From: Hydrolagus affinis
Lineage: Eukaryota
Reading direction: 5' to 3'
NCBI GenBank assembly: GCA_012026655.1
Contig: JAAILG010001172.1
Coordinates: forward strand, 1 to 64,000
DNA: 64,000 bases
In this document: one piece after another, positions 33,574 through 46,728 of the stretch
Numbering within the stretch: position 1 is the first letter of the stretch
Layout: each line of letters starts with the position of its first letter
The notes under the pieces: model-generated
Told to the model about the DNA's origin: nothing
The model's database searches: none
Seen by the model: only the letters and a program-made list of their open reading frames with translations
Made by a program: the position numbers and the translations under genes

Positions 33574-36500
33574 TTTAATCCTTGCTCTAAGGTAATGCCA
33601 GCCACTGACCCCAATCTCTATTAATAAATCAAAGTCTTCAAGGAAGCATTTTTCTACATTTCACTAAAAAAGTATTACAGAAATTGCACGGTCACTTAAT
33701 AGTGTTTATTTTATTTTTAAATGTCTTGGAAGGAAACAAAAGCACTGTATACACTGGAAAGCTCTATAAATAACTTTTCTCATAAGAATGAGTGATAACA
33801 AGAAAACGGTCTCAAGTTACTTTAGATTATGAAAACCTTATGTTATAAATGATAAGGGAGAAGACTTTAATATCTTGGCGTGGAGACATATAAACACTTG
33901 ACTGTCAAATTCCTTGGAATAACCTCCTGATGTCAAAGACACTACACAATCGCAAATTGTTGCTGTTGTTCTTTTTCCATATTTCAATATCATATATTTA
34001 ACTATAACTGTGGATTATATACATCAATAAATTGAATATGGTAACAATCAACAGTTGCTTTCTGTAACATGTTCTGTAAAATTGTAACACATTCTCAAGA
34101 AATTCCACTTGTAAATAATAATATTTGCAAATTATAATCCGAACAACCTTGACAGGTTAAAAGGCTTTCTCACACTCTCAAGCCACTTGGAAAGAGGAAG
34201 TGAAAGATAGAGGAATCAACTCAGGCAGAGCTTGATAATAATAATTATAATGCTTCCATTTCATCTACTGCCTGATGTCGTAACATCTCAAAGAGATTCA
34301 CAGATAACTGCCATAAAGTGAAACGTATTTGTCAGTGAAGACAGCAGTCAATTTGGACACATTGACCAATGTTCTATAAACAGCAATGAAATGAATGACC
34401 AATTTATCTGTGGTATTTTGGCCAGCACACAGCATAGCATATATAAGAGCACAGAGTCGCTCCTATATTTGAATAGTGTAATGAGAACTTTAAAGTCCAC
34501 GTGAACAGGCAGAGAAGACCTCGGTTTACCGTCTCGTCTGAAGGTCAGCACCTCTGACAATACGAGTGCTGTCTCACGCTACAGTATTTGGTCTGGAAAT
34601 AATCTGCAATATTCGAAAGACTTTGTTCCCAAATGGTTTAAAGCATTCTCAGACGCTGTACATTTATGAGAATGTTTTATGTATGATATGTATCAAAAGT
34701 TTAATTTGCTTTTTTTTTCCACAACAGATAAAAAATGTATTATTGCCATTTTAACCTCCATTATAGCAGCAGTCGCAGTGCAGTCTCCAGTGTAAAGTTA
34801 ATTGATCTTCGCTGAACGCTGCTTGGACGATTAGTTTGCAAGTTTGGGTTGTATTTGTTTACTGGCAGCATTTATCTGTCATAAAACGATCATTCTTGCT
34901 TCCATTAACTTTTCTTTTCTTTCATTCCTCGTCAACTAACCACATGTTAAGCAGAAAAAGTGATGGAGGCGTAATTGGAAAGATCTACTGGTGTGTTCCA
35001 CCTTCAGTGGTTTAACCTTCATTATCCATCCAAGATGAACTAATTCCCCTATCTCTCTCTGTCAAGTTTATTCCTGGCAGCATTCTGAATTGATCAAACA
35101 TGAATCTTTCAATCTTTTCCACTTGAATGTTTGCGTAGAAGAGTCTGGGAAGAATGTAGCTACAACAAGTTACCGCTAGTAAAACTTTATGGCCGCTATG
35201 CACCTCTTCAAAGCCGCTAACACGCACGCATATATACACACAATCCCTTGCTTTCCCTTCCCCTCCGCCCCCCCACCCACCATAACCCCACCAAAGAAAA
35301 ATGCAAATGGAACAAAGACGAGGTAAATCATTACCATTGAGTCCTTCTGAAGCAATCCCCAGGGTCTCACTCAAAAGTTTGACACAAAATTCATTGTTTG
35401 AAGTAAAAGAAGAGTCGGTTTTATGTTCCTGCTCAGTGACTGAGGACTGCAGCCCTCCATCGGGGCTCGATGGGGGAATAATCCACAAGGGAACACAAAG
35501 AGAACCATTGCCATTGTGCAACAGAACTCAATTAAATAGCAATTGTCTCCAAACAATCTAGGTCAGAACGCAGAGCGACAAAGATGCCGTTTAAAGGAAC
35601 ACTCCCTCCCCTTGCAAAATAACCCCTGAGATGTACTGCTAAAGCTGATCTGTACCATAGTGACGGGAAGATTGAAGTCCACAGGCTTTGTGAAGGGGGA
35701 AAAAAAAATCAGCCCTTTTTATCCACAGAAGCAATCAATCACCCCTTCATGCTGCAAGCAATCATTTTGTGAGTAATCATTTTGTGAGTGATTATTATGC
35801 AATTGTCAGCAACGATATGATTGAGCTGGATCAGATGGGCGATTATTTTCCTCCAGCACATGCAGAACTCTCTCGTAATACTACAGTACAGTATCCTCAT
35901 TTCCTCCTACCCCACTCAGGGGGAGGAATTTCTCGTGGGTCTACATTTACTCTGTTTCCTTAGCATTTCAGAGAGAATGTGGAAATTTGTCAATTTCTCA
36001 AAGCACTTCACACTATAGTGTATAGTGACTGTCTACTTTGTTCGCGAACGTAGTAATCAATTTGCAAACAGCAAGGAGTGTTCTGAGGAGTTAGAGTATG
36101 GCATATGTTAGTGCTATCACGGTCTGTCACAACCACAGGAACATAACCTTGCAACAGTTACTCCAGCTGGTGAATTGGTTTTACACATAAATTAAAGTGA
36201 CCTCCTCCAAACAGCTGAGGGATGTCACCAATCAGAACCTCGGAGTCCAATGATGTGATTTCCAGAAAAGCTTTACCCAGAGTTTTTGACCTTGTGAGGT
36301 TATATCAACAGAATTAGAGTCTAATTTGTATTAATCTAGAACATTAAAAACTATATATCATTTTTATAATTCTAATAAACACAATTGAGTCGAAACTTCA
36401 AATCTAAGTTTGCTTTAGAAACATCTAGCTTTGCTTTATAAAACATGGAAAATAATTGATATAATTTCAACTGGTTGAAGATTTGTTATATCAATCATTG

Positions 36501-37695
36501 CTTTCTATTCTTGCTGGGCTCATTTCCCCATTGAATAAGACAGTGACCACATACATAAAGGCGCCGATTATGAGATGGTCATGTGCCTGACATCCATGCG
36601 TTTAAAGGCGTTGCATGATGTGGAATAGCAAATGATGGTAATACTGTGATTGCTTTTTAAAAGGGAAGTCTATTGTATAATGACACCCTGAACTGCAATT
36701 TTGAAAAGGTCAGTTCTTATGAAATCAATTATAATCCATCAGGTTTTATAACTGTGAGGAAAATCATTACACATTTCGCAGGCGTTCACATTGAGACAAC
36801 ACAATACTATATCTGTGAATTACTATAAGCATTAGTCAGAGGGAAGGATTCACGCTGGACTCGTGGCAGCTCTAGAGAATTCTGCGCTTCTCCGTGAGCT
36901 CGGCTGCTATCATTTAAGCTACTCAAATAGCTTCCAGCCTTTCCATCTTCCTATGTGATCTGAGAGACTGTCCGGGGTGAAAGGCGCTATATAAATGCTA
37001 GTTGTTGTTTTTACTTTGATCTACTACTTAGTCCTCGCTCATTCTGTCCTATAATCAATGGCATAACATCATCAACAACTATGACCCCAGTCTCTGGAAG
37101 TCTTTCAAATACCTTCACCTTGTTCTTCTTTCTCTGCATTTAAATCTCTCTTAGAATCTTAGAACTAAACAGCACAGTAGGAGGCCATTTGGCCCATCGT
37201 GTCTGTGCCGACTCTTGGAAAAGAGCTATTCAAAGTCAATTCCACTCCCCCAGCTCTCTCCCCATAGCCATTCAAACTTGTCCTCCCCAAATAATTATCT
37301 ACTTCTGTTTTTAAAGTTATTGTCGAGTTGCCTTCCACCATCCTTTCAGATAATGCATTCCAGATCCAAACTACTCACAACGTGAAAAACATTCTCCCTC
37401 ACCTCCTCTCTGCTTCTTTTAACAACTATTTTAAACTTGGTGTCCTTGGGTTACCAACCCACTCACCAGGGGAAATAGTTTCTCCTTGTTCATCCTATCG
37501 AATCCTCTCATAACTTTGAAAACTTTTATCCGTCTCCTCTTAACCTTCTCTGCTCTGAGGAGAATAATCCTAGATTCTCATGCCTCTCCTGATAACTAAA
37601 GTCCCTCATTCCTGGTACCATCCTGGTAGATCTCCTTTGCACCCCAATGTCTTGACATCCTTCCTATAGTCTGTCACCCAGAATGGAACACAGTA

Positions 37696-38091
37696 CAGTA
37701 AAACCGTGATAATCCGGCACGGTTGGACCCACTCACCAGAGTTTGGAGTTTGCCGCTACTTAGAAATGGCTGGGGAAGCCTCACCCCACACACCACATGT
37801 GCTGTAAACAATAACAACAACAAGAACTCTAAAATTACACTTGTATAGTGCCTTTCACGTCAGGAGGACTTCCCAAAGTGCTGGACAGTAAACACAACAC
37901 TGAAAGCAAAGAAATGGCCAAGCTCCACCCACAGCGTCACCGACGGACACCGGCACTAGCAGCTGTTCCGAATTTGGGGGGATTTGCCGGACAACGGAAA
38001 AACAATTCAGATTGTTTGGAGTTTGAAATCTTAGTCATTTTAGGGAGTTGCCAAATTTCAGAAATTTTGGAATGTCAGCTTATCATGGTTG
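37696..38091. mobile_element. Tc1/mariner (pogo/Tigger-like) MITE inserted at TA in CR1
   Basis: TA|CAGTAAAACCGTGATAATCCGGCA ... TGTCAGCTTATCATGGTT (degenerate right TIR). The CR1 sequence CAGTA/CTCCAAC resumes afterwards. Contains an L2 tail at 37808-37890. Confidence 0.72.
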
Positions 38092-38336
38092 ACTCCAACT
38101 GAGACCTAACCAGTGTTTTATAAAGGTTCATCATACCTTCCTGACTTTTGTATTCTATATTCTACGCTCCTATTTATATATACCTTCCTGACTTTTGTAT
38201 TCTACGCTTCTATTTATATAGTCTAGTATCCCATAGTATCCCATGCTTTTTTAATAGCTTTATCTACCTGTCTTGCCACCTTCAAAGATTCATTTTTATG
38301 AACCCCCGGGTCTCTCTGTTGCTTTACCGGCTTTAA

Positions 38337-38542
38337 CATGATGAAAACAATATGAAACCTTGTGCAAGTTTCCTGACTCCACATGCCTAATAATAATCCC
38401 TTAAAAAAAACCAAGAATAAATTAGTCATTTCAATCCATGGCTGTTTGAGGGACACTGCTGTACGCAATTGTTTTGTGAAACACTTTGAGATGTGAAGGA
38501 GATGGGAAAAGCTCTATAGCAGATGCAAAAAATATTATTATT
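38337..38542 (+). mobile_element. 5'-truncated SINE nested in CR1
   Basis: AAACCTTGTGCAAGTTTCC...CCTAATAATAATCCC...ATTATTA, flanked by TTAA. Confidence 0.82.
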
Positions 38543-39758
38543 AAGATTCTGCCGTCTATCTTATACTGCCTCTCCTCATGCTTCCTCCCAAATGCATTCA
38601 CTTTGTATTCATACACATTAAACTTGATCTGCTATATGTCTTCCCATCTTAGCATTTTACCAGTTTTACCTTCTTACTATCCTCCTCGCTGTCTAGCACT
38701 TTTCCTAGCTTCAGATCAACTGCAAACCTGGAAATTGTACTCCCTATACCCATCTCCAGGTATATAGATTAAAAACAGCAGTGGTCCCAATACTGATCCC
38801 TGGGGGACACCACTGCACACTTCCTTCCAGTCAGAATATCAAGTGTTCCCTACCACTCTCTGCTTTCTGTTCCCAGCCATTTTTGTCCGAGTGCTGCCGC
38901 TTTCCCTTTAATACCGTGGGCTTCTATTTTGCTCGTAAAAATGCATCACTTTGAACATGCTTTTCATTAAACTCCTTAAAATCCACCCTGTACCTCCTGT
39001 TGTCCTTGCAAAGCACTTTGTTGTTTATCCGAAGTGAAAGTGATGTATTAGTGAAAGTGTATCAGCCTAGCTCAGTTGGTAGCATTCTTGTCTTTGTCAG
39101 AAGGTTGAACATTCATGCCCCATGTTGGGTCTTTGAGCTCACGGACAAAGCTGAGAGTCCAATGCAGTGCTGTAGATGTAGGGTAATTGCAATATTGGAG
39201 ATGCTGTCCTTTGGCTGAGACTTTAAACTGCTTGTTGAGGTGGAAGTTAATGATCACTTGGCAGTACTCAACAACAACAGCTTGCTTTTATAAAGCTTCC
39301 TTCACTCAGGGTAATGTTTCTGAGGACTGTATTACTCCAAAAGGAAGTTTCTCCCAGTTTCTTTGCCAACAATCCTCCAAATAAAACTGGTTATTTACTT
39401 GGCTGTTTGTGGGATATTGCTGTATGTGAAATGACTGTTGTGTTTGCCTGCCACAGTCACACAACAGCAATTTGGGTCTATATAGCACCCTTCAGGCAGA
39501 TAGGGTCTTGAATGATGTACACTGGTGGAGTTGGACATCAAGCAATGGAGAAGGGGGAGGTGATCACAGCATAAGGTAGACCTTCAGGTGGGATTTAGAT
39601 TTAGATAAAGTTGCAAGGTATAGGCATTGAGTTCTGGAGATTTGGGGTGTAGTTGCTTGTGTCAAGAGGATTGGGGAATCTACAGCAGCCTGTGTTACCT
39701 GAGGGATGGGGCAGAGAGTAGGGTATGAGCAGGTCAGTGAGGCAGGGAGGTGCTGGAG

Positions 39759-40114
39759 CAGTGATTCCCAACCTTTTTTTGCTGCGACCCAAATTAACCA
39801 CCAGGAGATCCTTGTGACCCAAAGTTTTTTTGCTGCGAATTAGCCTTCAACCGTTTCTCCTTCCACTAGGGAGCGATATCACGACTGAAGCTCAGCTCAG
39901 CCAAAACATTATCTCCGTCTGTTTTGTGGACTCGCTTTTTTTTAGCATTAAAAGCTTTTTTGTTAAGAGTTAAAAGCATTTTTTTGTGTCAAAAAAGTGT
40001 CAAACGTGTCAAATTTTGAAAACATTTTTAAAAAATTAAAAAAAATCTGATGATCCTTCATGACCTTATTGAGGACCCCCACAACCCTGATTTGGGTCAG
40101 GACCCAAGGTTGAG
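39759..40114. mobile_element. hAT/Charlie-like non-autonomous element inside an old L2 fragment
   Basis: CAGTGATTCCCAACCTTTTT..GCGACCC left end; TTTGGGTCAGGACCCAAGGTTGAG truncated right end. Confidence 0.68.
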
Positions 40115-40597
40115 CATGAAAGGTTTTGTGTGTGGGGGAGGATCATAAAGTTAATTGAGTTGGCTAATTAAGTCAGGTGATGATTTGGGACATGGATGTA
40201 ATATCCTTTTCTAAAGCACTTTGAGGTGTCTCAATGACATGTTATATCTCATGCAAAGATTCTTATTATGGGCCAGATTCTTTCAGTTCATGTGAAACTG
40301 GGAAATAATCCATGCATTGAGCTAGCAGCTGCACCATGATGCATTGGGATTAATTACAGCCAGCATTTTCAAACAATTCAGCATGTTAAACACTGCATAA
40401 TTCAGATTGTTCAGGGGTTCAAGTTAGTCAATGATTAGCATCTATCAGCCTGTCGAATGGTAGTTTTCATTTAACTTGTTTTTTTTAACCTCCTTTATAC
40501 CTCAGTCTGTATATGGATAATCTGCAGTACGGTATTTAGATTTTACCATTGATAAAAACAGTGACATTCATTGGTTCGTATCTGATGATTTATCATA

Positions 40598-40790
40598 TAA
40601 TAATCCTTGCATTTGATATAGCACATTTCATGTCTTCTAGGCATCTCAAAGCTCTTCACAGAAATTACTGTAAAGTGAATTGACTATATTTGTGGGTGAA
40701 ACGCAGCAGCCAATTGTGCACAGAAGTGACCCACAAACAGTAATGGATTGAAAATGACCAATTTTTTAAAATGGGATTATTATTGGGCAT
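40598..40790 (-). mobile_element. SINE 3' half
   Basis: AATCCTTGCATTTGATATAGC...CCCACAAACAG...GGGATTATTATT. Confidence 0.85.
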
Positions 40791-41683
40791 ATATCCAGCT
40801 TCTTTGTTCAAAAAAAATGTTTTTTCAATACTAGTGATATTTGATAAAGCTCATTGTTCCCCATAGGTTGTTCCATTATCAGAAATGTATCTCCTATTAT
40901 AATTAAAATTGAATTTGCAGCTACTTGAAAACCTATTATATCTTATATAGCCTAAAGGCACCAATTTGAAGCAAGGGATTAGACTGTAATATGTGTGGTG
41001 ATGTGCCTATATTCACTTGACAACTCCAACACTGAAGTATCTGTTGAATTTGCTATTTTCAATTTCACTAGTATCTAAAAGTATCTATGCATGGTTACAT
41101 ACTGCACTGATTTACACTTTATTTTTGGTTCTGAAATATAAATATGACACCACATGTATTTCCTTTGGGATCTGGAGAATTCAACTCCTATAATGTTATT
41201 CCCACGCTTTTTACTCTCATTAATATTTTATTATCTAATTATGTAAAATATTCCTCTGCTGCAGATGTGAAATGTTTTTCATTTGCGTTTTCTTCAAGTT
41301 GGTTAGGAGATTTAATATGATTAGTAGTCAGGTTCAATTCTGTACATGAAAGAAATCTAAACTCCTAACTTCTCATGGTCTTAACCTTAAACCCGATGTC
41401 TTAGCATTTGAGATCACGCAGATTATTGCAAAGCACTTAAGCGCAGTCAAATTTCCACTGTTCCTTTTTATAAGTATGAAGAAACGTAAAAGCTTTTAAG
41501 TGGATTACCGATTACTTTGGAGAATTTTTGGCTAGAAAACCTGGAGAAAATCCCTCCTCTTTGTGATTAGTCCTTTGACCTTTTTAAAGTCCACTTGAAC
41601 AGGAAGCTGGGATCTTGGTTTGACATCTGATCAGGTAGCACAAGAGAATGCCTGGACTGCTAGTCTTAACCATGGAGTCCAAA

Positions 41684-42193
41684 CAGTGACGTGCGGTGGG
41701 TAAAATGATAGGGTAGGCACTTCCCTCCATCACTAACTTTTGGGGGCATGGCTTTATGAGCCACGCCCCCAAAGGCAGCAGCCGACTCTGCCTTTTTCCC
41801 AGTCATTTTTACCGCAAATACGTATGCGCAGAGATGGCATTTCAACATGATCTGATTGCGATGGATAGAAAGAGGAAAGGCAGCGGTAGCTTGTGCCTAT
41901 TTCACTCGTTACCGAGACACTGAGAAAGGAACGGGCATGCGCATCGGAACTACATTCAACTCGATGGGTAAAAAAAGCCACGGCGTCTCACTGCCTTTCT
42001 GTTGCTTTTAAGGTAGGCATATAAAATCACAGTTAAATAATTTGGGTAGTTTCTACTAGAAATTGTTTGCATTATGTAAAATGTGCATTGTAAAAATATA
42101 AACCATTAAATAATCATCTACAATTACAAGTTTTTATTTTCATAAGGTATACTAGGCACTGCCTACCCTGCCTACCCTGACTGCATGTTCATG
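41684..42193. mobile_element. hAT-like non-autonomous DNA transposon
   Basis: Ends CAGTGACGTGCGGT and ACTGCATGTTCATG (degenerate TIR); subterminal GGGTAGGCA/TGCCTACCC repeats; flanks AGTCCAAA and CATCCAAG share TCCAA. Confidence 0.62.
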
Positions 42194-42669
42194 CATCCAA
42201 GGTACCAAGGTGGGGTTTGTATATCAAGCTCCTTATCTAGCAGCTCCCAACTGAACCAGCCTGCCATCTGTGATAATCACCAATGATATTTCTCACTTCA
42301 CACAGCACTTATTTGCCTTTCAGTAGCATTTCATCGAGTAGAGGTCATGTGTTCTCCACAGAGATTTGTTGCTACGTGGATGACAGTGATAAATCCAGTG
42401 AGCAGGTGAGAGGTGAAGACCTTTGAGATGGTGTCTGCAGATTGTGTGTGTGCAGTGCAGGTGTTCACTGTGTTCAGCAGGGCTCATGATTATTCATTTA
42501 TAGAAAGACATTCTCTTTTTAAAAAAAATCCAGAAAGGGGACAAATGTTTTGCTGGAAATTATTAATACCATAATTGAATTTCTACAGATGATCTTGTTG
42601 GGGCTTAAGACTATTGCGCTCAACCTTCTGACCCAGAGTCTAAGATGCTATCAAATAACAAATCAGACA

Positions 42670-42902
42670 AAGCAAACCCTCGGGCAAGTTTTCTTACTCC
42701 ACACGCCTGCTAATAATCCCTCAAGAAAACTTTTTATAAATTGGTAATTTCAATCCACAACTGTTTGTGGGACACTGTACAATTGGCTGTCACATTTTGC
42801 CCACAAATATATACAGTCAATTCACTTTACAGTATATTCTGTGAAGCGCTTTGAGACGTCTAGAAGTGAAAAGCGCTATATCAAATGCAAGGATTATTAT
42901 TA
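42670..42902 (+). mobile_element. SINE short form, head missing
   Basis: AAACCCTCGGGCAAGTTTTCTTACTCCACACGCCT...AAAGCGCTATATCAAATGCAAGGATTATTATT. Confidence 0.88.
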
Positions 42903-43031
42903 AGAGAACATAGCAATAGAATCATAGTATTTTTCAGCACAAAAGGAGGCCATTTGGCCCATCGAGTCCGTGCCAGCTCTTTGAAAAGAGCTATTCAAAG
43001 TCAATAGGAGCAAATCATTCAGCCTATCAAA

Positions 43032-43691
43032 TAGGGTCCGTCGATATGGAAATTTTCCGATTTAGATATATTGATGGGCTCATATCGAGATATACCGAAA
43101 TATCGATATTTTCAGGTTTTTTGTACTGCGCATGCGTGCGCGTCGCGAGATGAGCGCGCATTTGGGGTGTGCGCGCATTCAGAGGTGCGCGCGCATTCGG
43201 GGCCTATCTCCTCAGGAGGTAAATATCTCTCTCTCTGTGTGTCTCTCACACTCACTCTCTCCATCCCTGTGTTTTTCTGTCTGTGTCTCTCTCCTCTCTC
43301 ACCCCTCCCCCCATCTCTATCTATCTAGCTGTATATTATCACATCCCCCCATCTCTCACCCCTGTCTCTCCCCCTCCACCGCCGTCTCTCTCGCTCCCCC
43401 CACCACACCCGCCGTCTCTCTCCCCCTCCCCGCCCCGCCCAGCTGTCTCTCTCCCCTCACCCCTTGCATACCTGTATATTGTATTCTAGGACTATGAATA
43501 CAATATGGCGGCTTTGTACCTTAGACTGTGCATTGTGTATAGAGATGAGCATTCTGGGTCTTGTAGTTCAGTGTGCGCGGATTCCGATTTTTTCCCTCGA
43601 TATATCGATATTTTTTAAATGTCTATATCGGCATATCGATATGAAAATTATATCGGGTATAACCGATATATCGATATATCGCCAGACCCTA
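43032..43691. mobile_element. Young hAT-superfamily MITE (660 bp) with perfect 8-bp TSD
   Basis: TIRs TAGGGTCCGTCGATAT / ATATCGCCAGACCCTA (14/16); TSD CTATCAAA at 43024-43031 and 43692-43699; many subterminal ATATCG/CGATAT motifs; sits in an antisense CR1 3' UTR. Confidence 0.92.
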
Positions 43692-44391
43692 CTATCAAAC
43701 CTGCTTCAATCTAGTATTAGGTTATGGCTGAGTTGCAACTTAATAACATTTCTCTGCCCATTCACCATAGCCTTTGATAACTTGCCTACCAAATTTTTAT
43801 CTATTTTTAATCTTAATTATTTCGGTTCACTCAGCTTCTACGATGTTTTAGGGGGCGGAGAATGCCACATTTGTGTCAGACTGGCTCAGCTGGCAGCACA
43901 CTCACTTCTGAGTCAGAATGGGTTATAGATTTAAGCCTCATGTCTTAGAACTCATAAAGTCTGAAACGGACTTTTCAGTGCAATGCTGGGGATGTACTGC
44001 ATTGTCAGAGGAGGAGGCTCCTTCAAATGAAACGTTAAACCAAAGAGGTGGAGGTTAAAAATCCCATGACATTATTCAAAAACAGAAGGGAATTTGTCTC
44101 ACTGTCCTGGCCAACAATCCCTCAAATAAAATTGCTCAAACAATCCCTCAAATTGGTTAAGCATCTCCTGGATGTTTGTTGAATATTGTGTGCAACTTAG
44201 GTGTCAGGTTCACCTACAAAATTCAGCCACTAGGAATATTCTGTGAGATGTCCTCCTAACTTGAAACATGCTCTATCAATTGTAAGGATTATTATTTTTT
44301 TTCTGATTTTTTTCCCCCTCGTCACCAGTTTAGCTCTAATTTTACATTTATGTCCTGAAGGATTTGCAGAAATAATACCCACTTTTTTTTT

Positions 44392-44706
44392 TCCTTGCAT
44401 TTGATATAGCGCTTTTCACATCTTATCGAAGTCCCAAAGCGCTTCACAGAATATACTCTAAAGTGAATTGACTATATATTTGTGGGCAAATCGCAGCAGC
44501 CATTCGCCCATAATGGGTGAGTTGTGGATTGAAATGACCAATATTATTATTGTGTTTGTTTTGGAGGGATTATTATTAGGCGTGTGGAGCAAGGAAACTT
44601 GCCTAAGGTTTCGCCCTGACCTACCTGGATTCGAACACAGGTCTCCCCAGATTGGTCTCCCCAGCTTGCAAGACAAGTGCTCTAACTACTAAGCCACAGG
44701 AGCTCC
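44392..44706 (-). mobile_element. Young SINE, full length, with a 13-nt duplication in the tRNA head
   Basis: GGATTCGAACACAGGTCTCCCCAGATTGGTCTCCCCAGCTTGCAAG...GCCACAGGAGCTCC. Confidence 0.92.
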
Positions 44707-46239
44707 TTTAAAGAAGGAAGAGGTGTTTTTTTGCACACAAATATCTAAATTCTCCTTGGATTTCAGCCGAACCTGCTTCAGTCAGTTTAACAGACCTTGC
44801 CTTAGCACAGTGTATTTTCAGTAATATATTGGATCCTGGTACGTTTTGTACAGGAGAGTAAAAAATTATCTCATTTGTTGTTCTGTACTTTCAAAGGGCA
44901 TAGAGAAAGGCCAAGCTGTCAAATTATGAGGTAGGAGATGTTTCCAATGATTCAATATTTTTTATTTTAAGAAAAAGAACCTTGGGAATGGACAAGTTCC
45001 AGGACTTTAAGATGCAAGATATCAAATCATGATCTCAGAGCCAGACACAATAGCAGCATAGCTCAAGGAAGACCAGTGACTGAATTTTTTTTGCATTTCA
45101 GTAATAATAATAATACTAAGCATTTGATATAGCGCATTTTACATCTTCTTACATCTTAAAGGACATTAGGAAGAGACCCTCATCAGAATATTTGGTCAAT
45201 AAAATCCCTTTCAATTCCTAAAGCCTGAAATCAAATCTATTCTTAGCTTATTTTGTTTCAACAAGTTAACATAATGCAAGGCTTGAGGAAATTTTTTAAA
45301 TTCAACTTGTACTTTGAGAACAGTTTTTCAGAAACGTGTCCTTAAAAGGGTCATTCCTGAGTCAATATGGTTCACTTTGACTCTAGACAGCTTTGATAGT
45401 TACCAAATTGACCAAAGAAATACCAAGGAACACCTTACAACTTGGGATATCTGGTGTCAGATTCAAGTGCTGACCGATCAGGTATAATAATGTGACACAC
45501 AAAGACCTAAGTTCCCTTTACTCTTCCCAACCAACATTTTTAACTACAACCACAGAAAAACACCCATGCCAAAGTTACAAAAGTAGATTGCCATCTGCCC
45601 ACATTGGATGTAAGACTGTCTCTATTTTGCATGTACAGAGATCTGCCCAAGAGAATTAATCTGACTTTAATAAACAATAAAATGTCTGTCTCCAATATAG
45701 AATTATATACAGTGGAAAACATTTGGTGCTAAGGAGGCTCTCTGAACTTTGTTCCAAATATTAATTCAGTGCAGAGACAATAATACGCTGAAAGTCTTTG
45801 CAACAGGCCCAATTTATCGGGAACACTGGACTCCTCAAAAGACTTTAATTCCATTTGATTCTTTATAAATACCAGTTTATAAAGTTTGGTTTGCCAGTCA
45901 CTCTTGTTCAAATACAATTAGAAAGTACTCTAAGCCATACGCTTATTTTAAATCTTATTCTCAATTTTTCAGGGCTTCCTGCGCCAAGCAATGTCTCCAG
46001 CCAAGATAGCTGACAGTTCACCTTATTCCATCCTTCTGCCTGTACTTTTCTCGACTTGTGAGTTAGGAGGGATGTGAGTGTGGCAATAATTGTCCCTGTA
46101 ATTATCTGGTCTCAGCGTAAAATCTCACAGCCTGAGATCAGTAACTCCACAGAGTGACGAGAGACAAATTTCACAACTCTGTGGCACTGCTCGGAATGCA
46201 TCACCCCAGGACTATACATTTTAACACTTAGAGCTTCAC

Positions 46240-46440
46240 GGATCTGTGTAACCCTGCAAACAAAATCCTTAATGGGTAGGATAGTGTTACCTGGATACGT
46301 ATCGGGAACCTTGCCAGACTGTGCTCTCAATGACAAATGGTTTCAGCTGGTTAGACTCCAGCAGTACACCAACGCACACTCTGGGGTCTTTCAGCGTGTC
46401 TCTTGCCAGATTGGATCTAATACTCTCTGGAATTAAGCAA
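46240..46440 (-). repeat. Old unclassified interspersed repeat copy
   Basis: Aligns to both 26890-27000 and the reverse complement of 29880-30050. Confidence 0.7.
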
Positions 46441-46728
46441 GTGGATGTTTTCTTCTGAGGAGTGAGTGTGTATTCCATCCCAATCACAGGCAAATTTCCA
46501 TGGGTAAGTAATATACGCATAATCCTCACATTTGATACCAGGAGGATCTCTGAAAACACTTCAAGGGAAGTGTGGCAACTGCACTAGAGTGTAAACTTAT
46601 CTTATGTAAGTTCAAAGGCCGGACATAGGACTTGAACCCACACCTGTCTGATTCAGAGGGGACAATGGTACCAACTGAGTCAGGCAAACACACATATGTG
46701 GAACTCCCAGTTCTAGTCTGGTTTGGAT

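Larger units (their letters stand above)
37151..38935 (-). mobile_element. CR1 LINE 3' portion carrying a nested MITE, L2 tail and SINE
   Basis: CR1 3' UTR GGAGGCCATTTGGCCCATCG; RT motif GGTCCCAATACTGATCCCTGGGGGACACCACT (minus strand = SGVPQGSVLGP); HKNESLKVARQVDKAIKKA. Confidence 0.9.

Noticed and set aside
35012-35561. Overlapping 169-aa (-) and 86-aa (+) ORFs
   Set aside because: No recognisable domain, low-complexity segments and no supporting exon chain; more likely non-coding regulatory DNA.
43071-43928. CpG-island-like segment with several ORFs
   Set aside because: Bounded by TIRs and an 8-bp TSD, so it is a MITE; the ORFs show no transposase motifs.
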